A program made the translations under genes and the position numbers. A model generated the notes under the pieces. The model worked only from the letters and a program-made list of their open reading frames with translations. It did not search any database and was not told the origin of the DNA. From positions 1,280 to 65,279 of the forward strand of contig JAHITE010000123.1 in assembly GCA_018817585.1 (NCBI GenBank): a stretch of 64,000 nucleotides of DNA, in the 5' to 3' direction. This stretch comes from Candidatus Omnitrophota bacterium (lineage in GTDB: Bacteria > Omnitrophota > Gorgyraeia > B26-G9). Shown here piece by piece: positions 61,543 to 64,000 of the stretch (the stretch's first letter is position 1; each line of letters opens with the position of its first letter).

Positions 61543-61834
61543 CGGCAGCAGTAACTCCCTTAAGAAGTTCGTCCCATTCCTTATCCCAAACCTCTTTTGC
61601 CGCATGAAGTTTTTCTGGATGTTTCATAGCGTCAACTGTCAACGCGTTAATAAATTTAGAAAACAACGATTCTGATTCAATAGTATCCAATTCTGTTTTG
61701 TGACGAATGCTTAATTTCTTTGAAGTACCTTCTAAAATAACTTCAATAGTGTCTGCGTTTTTAACAAAATCCATTGGGATATCTACCGCGTAACTACCAC
61801 CATGTTTAAATAATTTTCTCACAAATACATTCAT
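61532..61834 (-). CDS. AbrB/MazE-like antitoxin (PrlF-like position)
   Basis: RKLFKHGGSYAVDIP swapped-hairpin motif; acidic C-terminus; upstream of toxin. Confidence 0.78.
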   Translation of the reverse strand: MNVFVRKLFKHGGSYAVDIPMDFVKNADTIEVILEGTSKKLSIRHKTELDTIESESLFSKFINALTVDAMKHPEKLHAAKEVWDKEWDELLKGVTAADEE

Positions 61835-61854
61835 AATATATTCCTCCTGCTATA

Positions 61855-61883
61855 AGTATACATAAAAATATACACTTTGTCAA
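61855..61883 (-). promoter_or_regulatory. TA promoter with palindromic operator
   Basis: TTGACA-17 nt-TATACT; GTATA-N8-TATAC inverted repeat overlapping the -10. Confidence 0.7.
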
Positions 61884-62061
61884 CAGCACGCACACGCACA
61901 AATCCTTACCATAATGAAACTTTGAGTATCAGTAACACTCTCTCTATAAGCCTAAATGTGCCGTCCTGGTTATGATGCCGTTTCCAAACCCGCATTGGAT
62001 TGTGATTGTATCTTCCACTCATGCCAACTACTTTCTAATGTAGAGGTCTGGAGTTCCCCTC

Positions 62062-62382
62062 TTATTTTCCCCAGACAATAATAGTGGGTGGAGTTCCAGG
62101 TATTGAAAGTTCTAAAAATTCAAGTCCGTTCGATCCCTCTTCTGTTAAATCAATATGCACTAATATATTATTAGAAAAAAATATTTCTATACTATCCTCT
62201 TCTTCTTTGATTTTTTTTACAACTAAATTTTGAATGGAACAAATTTTTTTATCATCTGATAAGTAATATTCGTTATAAATATTTAATATTATACCTCTCT
62301 CAAAAAATATTTGAGTATAATCATGGATTTCTAAAATTTTATTCACCGTAAGTCCTTCTAATATTTTCAATTGAGATTCCAT
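62062..62382 (-). CDS. Putative immunity protein
   Basis: Acidic 106-aa AT-rich ORF 9 nt downstream of Rhs toxin, GGAG RBS. Confidence 0.65.
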   Translation of the reverse strand: MESQLKILEGLTVNKILEIHDYTQIFFERGIILNIYNEYYLSDDKKICSIQNLVVKKIKEEEDSIEIFFSNNILVHIDLTEEGSNGLEFLELSIPGTPPTIIVWGK

Positions 62383-62391
62383 AATTTACTC

Positions 62392-63120
62392 CTAATTAAT
62401 ATTGTAGTGTGTTTCTGCAAAAGAACCAGTTCTTCCCGTATAAGGATTTACGCCTTGATTGTAGCCATTTGAATATTTTATATAACCTTTTGGAGCACGT
62501 AATGTAGCGTCCATTATTCTCATTGTTGATACTTGTCCATTAGTACCTCCTTTACCTCCTGTAAAAGCAGCCCCAGTTATATTTCTCGATTCGTTTATAA
62601 CTGCGGTTGGCCCTATTGCTCCTTTTGGAACGGGATACACTGTCCCATCAGAGGAAACAACAAAATCAGGAGCAGGTGCTTTTGTTGCAGACTTAGAAGA
62701 GTTGGTTGAAGTGCTAGAACCTCCAGCAGCAGACAAACCTACAGATAAAATAGTAGCAACAAGCGAAACATCCGTTAGCATCCCTGGCGCAGTCTGCCAG
62801 GAAGGATTTGACATAAACGTACCAGTACCTTCACCTAAATGACCTATTGCTGCCGGAGTTTGAAATACTCCCATCCCAAATTCCATCACCGTAGTAATTA
62901 CTGTGGCCTCATATATCCCTGCAGCATCTGTGGCCATACCGGAAATAATAATATCCTTAGCCTCTTCCGTTTGCATAGATGCCCACAAGGCAAGCCTGTC
63001 ATACCACAACCCTTTTTCCCCGCACAACCCCATCGGATCGACATAATTCAAGGGGTTATTGGAGACGTAGGAATAAAGATTAATCCCTCCATAATATCCT
63101 ATAGGATCGGTTTGCAGCAA
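62392..63120 (-). pseudogene. Orphan Rhs core remnant + C-terminal toxin domain
   Basis: Begins at LQTDPIG..GGINLYSYVSNNPLNYVDPMG (Rhs core DPxG..DPxG); no upstream YD repeats; TTG start without RBS. Confidence 0.8.
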
Positions 63121-63205
63121 TACACGGTACGTTCATTTTGAAAAAATTTCGTAACTGCCGATACCTATACCAGTTAAAAATATTCAGCTAAAAATCAAAG
63201 AGCGG

Positions 63206-63499
63206 TTAAATACCTATTTTTTCTTCTACTTTTGTTATTCTTTTTTCGTGGTTATCTATATTAGTATCAAGTTTCTTCTCGACCCGGTCTATTTTTCTGC
63301 TATTTTCCATTACCGCCATTTTTACCGTACCTAACTCTGACTCCACATTGCCAAGCCTTGTTTTTATTTCGCCGATATTCTTATTCATTTCTCCATGCTG
63401 CTCAGCAATAAGACTAATGCTTTTATTGACCTGCTCCAGCAATACTCTGGTCTCCCGCTCCGAATCGTATGCCGGGGTTTTTCCCTTTTTCCCTGCCAT
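63206..63499 (-). CDS. Hypothetical coiled-coil protein
   Basis: AGGAGG RBS before ATG 63499; heptad pattern. Confidence 0.65.
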   Translation of the reverse strand: MAGKKGKTPAYDSERETRVLLEQVNKSISLIAEQHGEMNKNIGEIKTRLGNVESELGTVKMAVMENSRKIDRVEKKLDTNIDNHEKRITKVEEKIGI

Positions 63500-63572
63500 C
63501 TTCTTGTTCCTCCTGTTACCTTTGTTAATACTAAAAGTATATCCCATCACTCATACTAATTCAATGCTCTTT

Positions 63573-64000
63573 TTAAACCACTCTCATTCTTTCCCGGGGA
63601 TGGTACCGGCTAATCGCGGTTTTTAATTCCTGGGGCACGATGCGCGTATATATTTCCGTGCTTCTTGGACTGGTGTGTCCAAGTAGCTGCTGAATGATTC
63701 TTAGATTACTGCCGTTTTCTAAAAGATGCGTAGCACAGCTGTGCCTGATGCTGTGTACTCCAATGTTTTTATCCAGCCTTAGTTTTCTGATGTATTTTTT
63801 TACCAGGTAACGTAATGCCTTTTGCGTTATCCGGGTTCCGCTTAAACTAATAAAGACTGCTTTTTCTCTTACGTGTTTGCATAGTTTCATGCGGCTGGTT
63901 AAAAGATAGTTCTCTACGGCTTGTTTTGCTTTTTCTCCGATGGGCACGATCCTGTCTTTACGGTTTTTCGGGATTCTGATATGAATGCTTCTATCTTTTA
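63573..64000 (-). CDS. XerC/D-like tyrosine recombinase (5' end beyond window)
   Basis: Frame open to window end (KDRSIHIRIPKNRKDRIVP); HSIRHSCATHLL, LLGH, TEIYT catalytic motifs. Confidence 0.92.
   Translation of the reverse strand, partial: KDRSIHIRIPKNRKDRIVPIGEKAKQAVENYLLTSRMKLCKHVREKAVFISLSGTRITQKALRYLVKKYIRKLRLDKNIGVHSIRHSCATHLLENGSNLRIIQQLLGHTSPRSTEIYTRIVPQELKTAISRYHPRERMRVV

Noticed and set aside
61907-62022. 38-codon minus-strand ORF between immunity gene and TA promoter
   Set aside because: No clear RBS or recognisable motif; may be a degraded cassette remnant but unsupported
3539-63120. Idea that the core-less YD-like protein and the orphan Rhs core/toxin form a split toxin
   Set aside because: 52 kb apart, different repeat style, no shared sequence seen; pure speculation
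69-63626. Numerous short plus-strand and alternate-frame ORFs in the track (e.g. 11827-12309, 29808-30260, 37886-38308, 59689-60141)
   Set aside because: Antisense or out-of-frame shadows of well-supported genes, with no motifs
57234-64000. dif/attC-type sites for the tyrosine recombinase
   Set aside because: No convincing XerD arm (TTATGTTAAAT-like) or attC structure found by eye; no IntI-specific insertion visible in the partial protein

Overview
AT-rich bacterial chromosomal window with nearly all genes on the minus strand. It encodes LPS/Kdo genes, a dimeric GlyRS, GuaB3, PilZ proteins and a giant secreted repeat protein; this content suggests a diderm PVC-group organism such as Ca. Omnitrophota (inference, not proven). 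Most of it is housekeeping: kdsA-kdsD-kdsC-lptB-hpf; hom-thrC-apgM; rpe-pgm-lepA-lepB-pgsA-der-plsY-gpsA; aspS...ybeY-dgkA-recO-glyQS-ppdK-sigma70-apt; tRNA-Pro and tRNA-Arg. Three accessory blocks stand out. (1) 3.5-10.95 kb: a ~2258-codon secreted YD-like repeat gene broken by one in-frame TAA. Its ~600-nt leader holds a variant c-di-GMP-I riboswitch with a hairpin insertion and a translationally coupled uORF. (2) 25.2-31.3 kb: a coupled operon PilO/GspM-like, GspC-like, secretin, C25 (gingipain/PorU-family) protease with CFI-box-CTERM, and PorV/FadL-like barrel, i.e. a porU-porV-like pair attached to T2SS/T4P components. (3) 57.2-64 kb: an island with a Xer-type recombinase, orphan Rhs toxin/immunity pair, AbrB/YhaV TA module, and an Fe3+-type ABC transporter with an exported ChrB-like protein. 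Several intergenic regions carry REP/MITE-like hairpins and degenerate 6-8 bp repeats. All assignments come from motif recognition by eye; no database searches were run.
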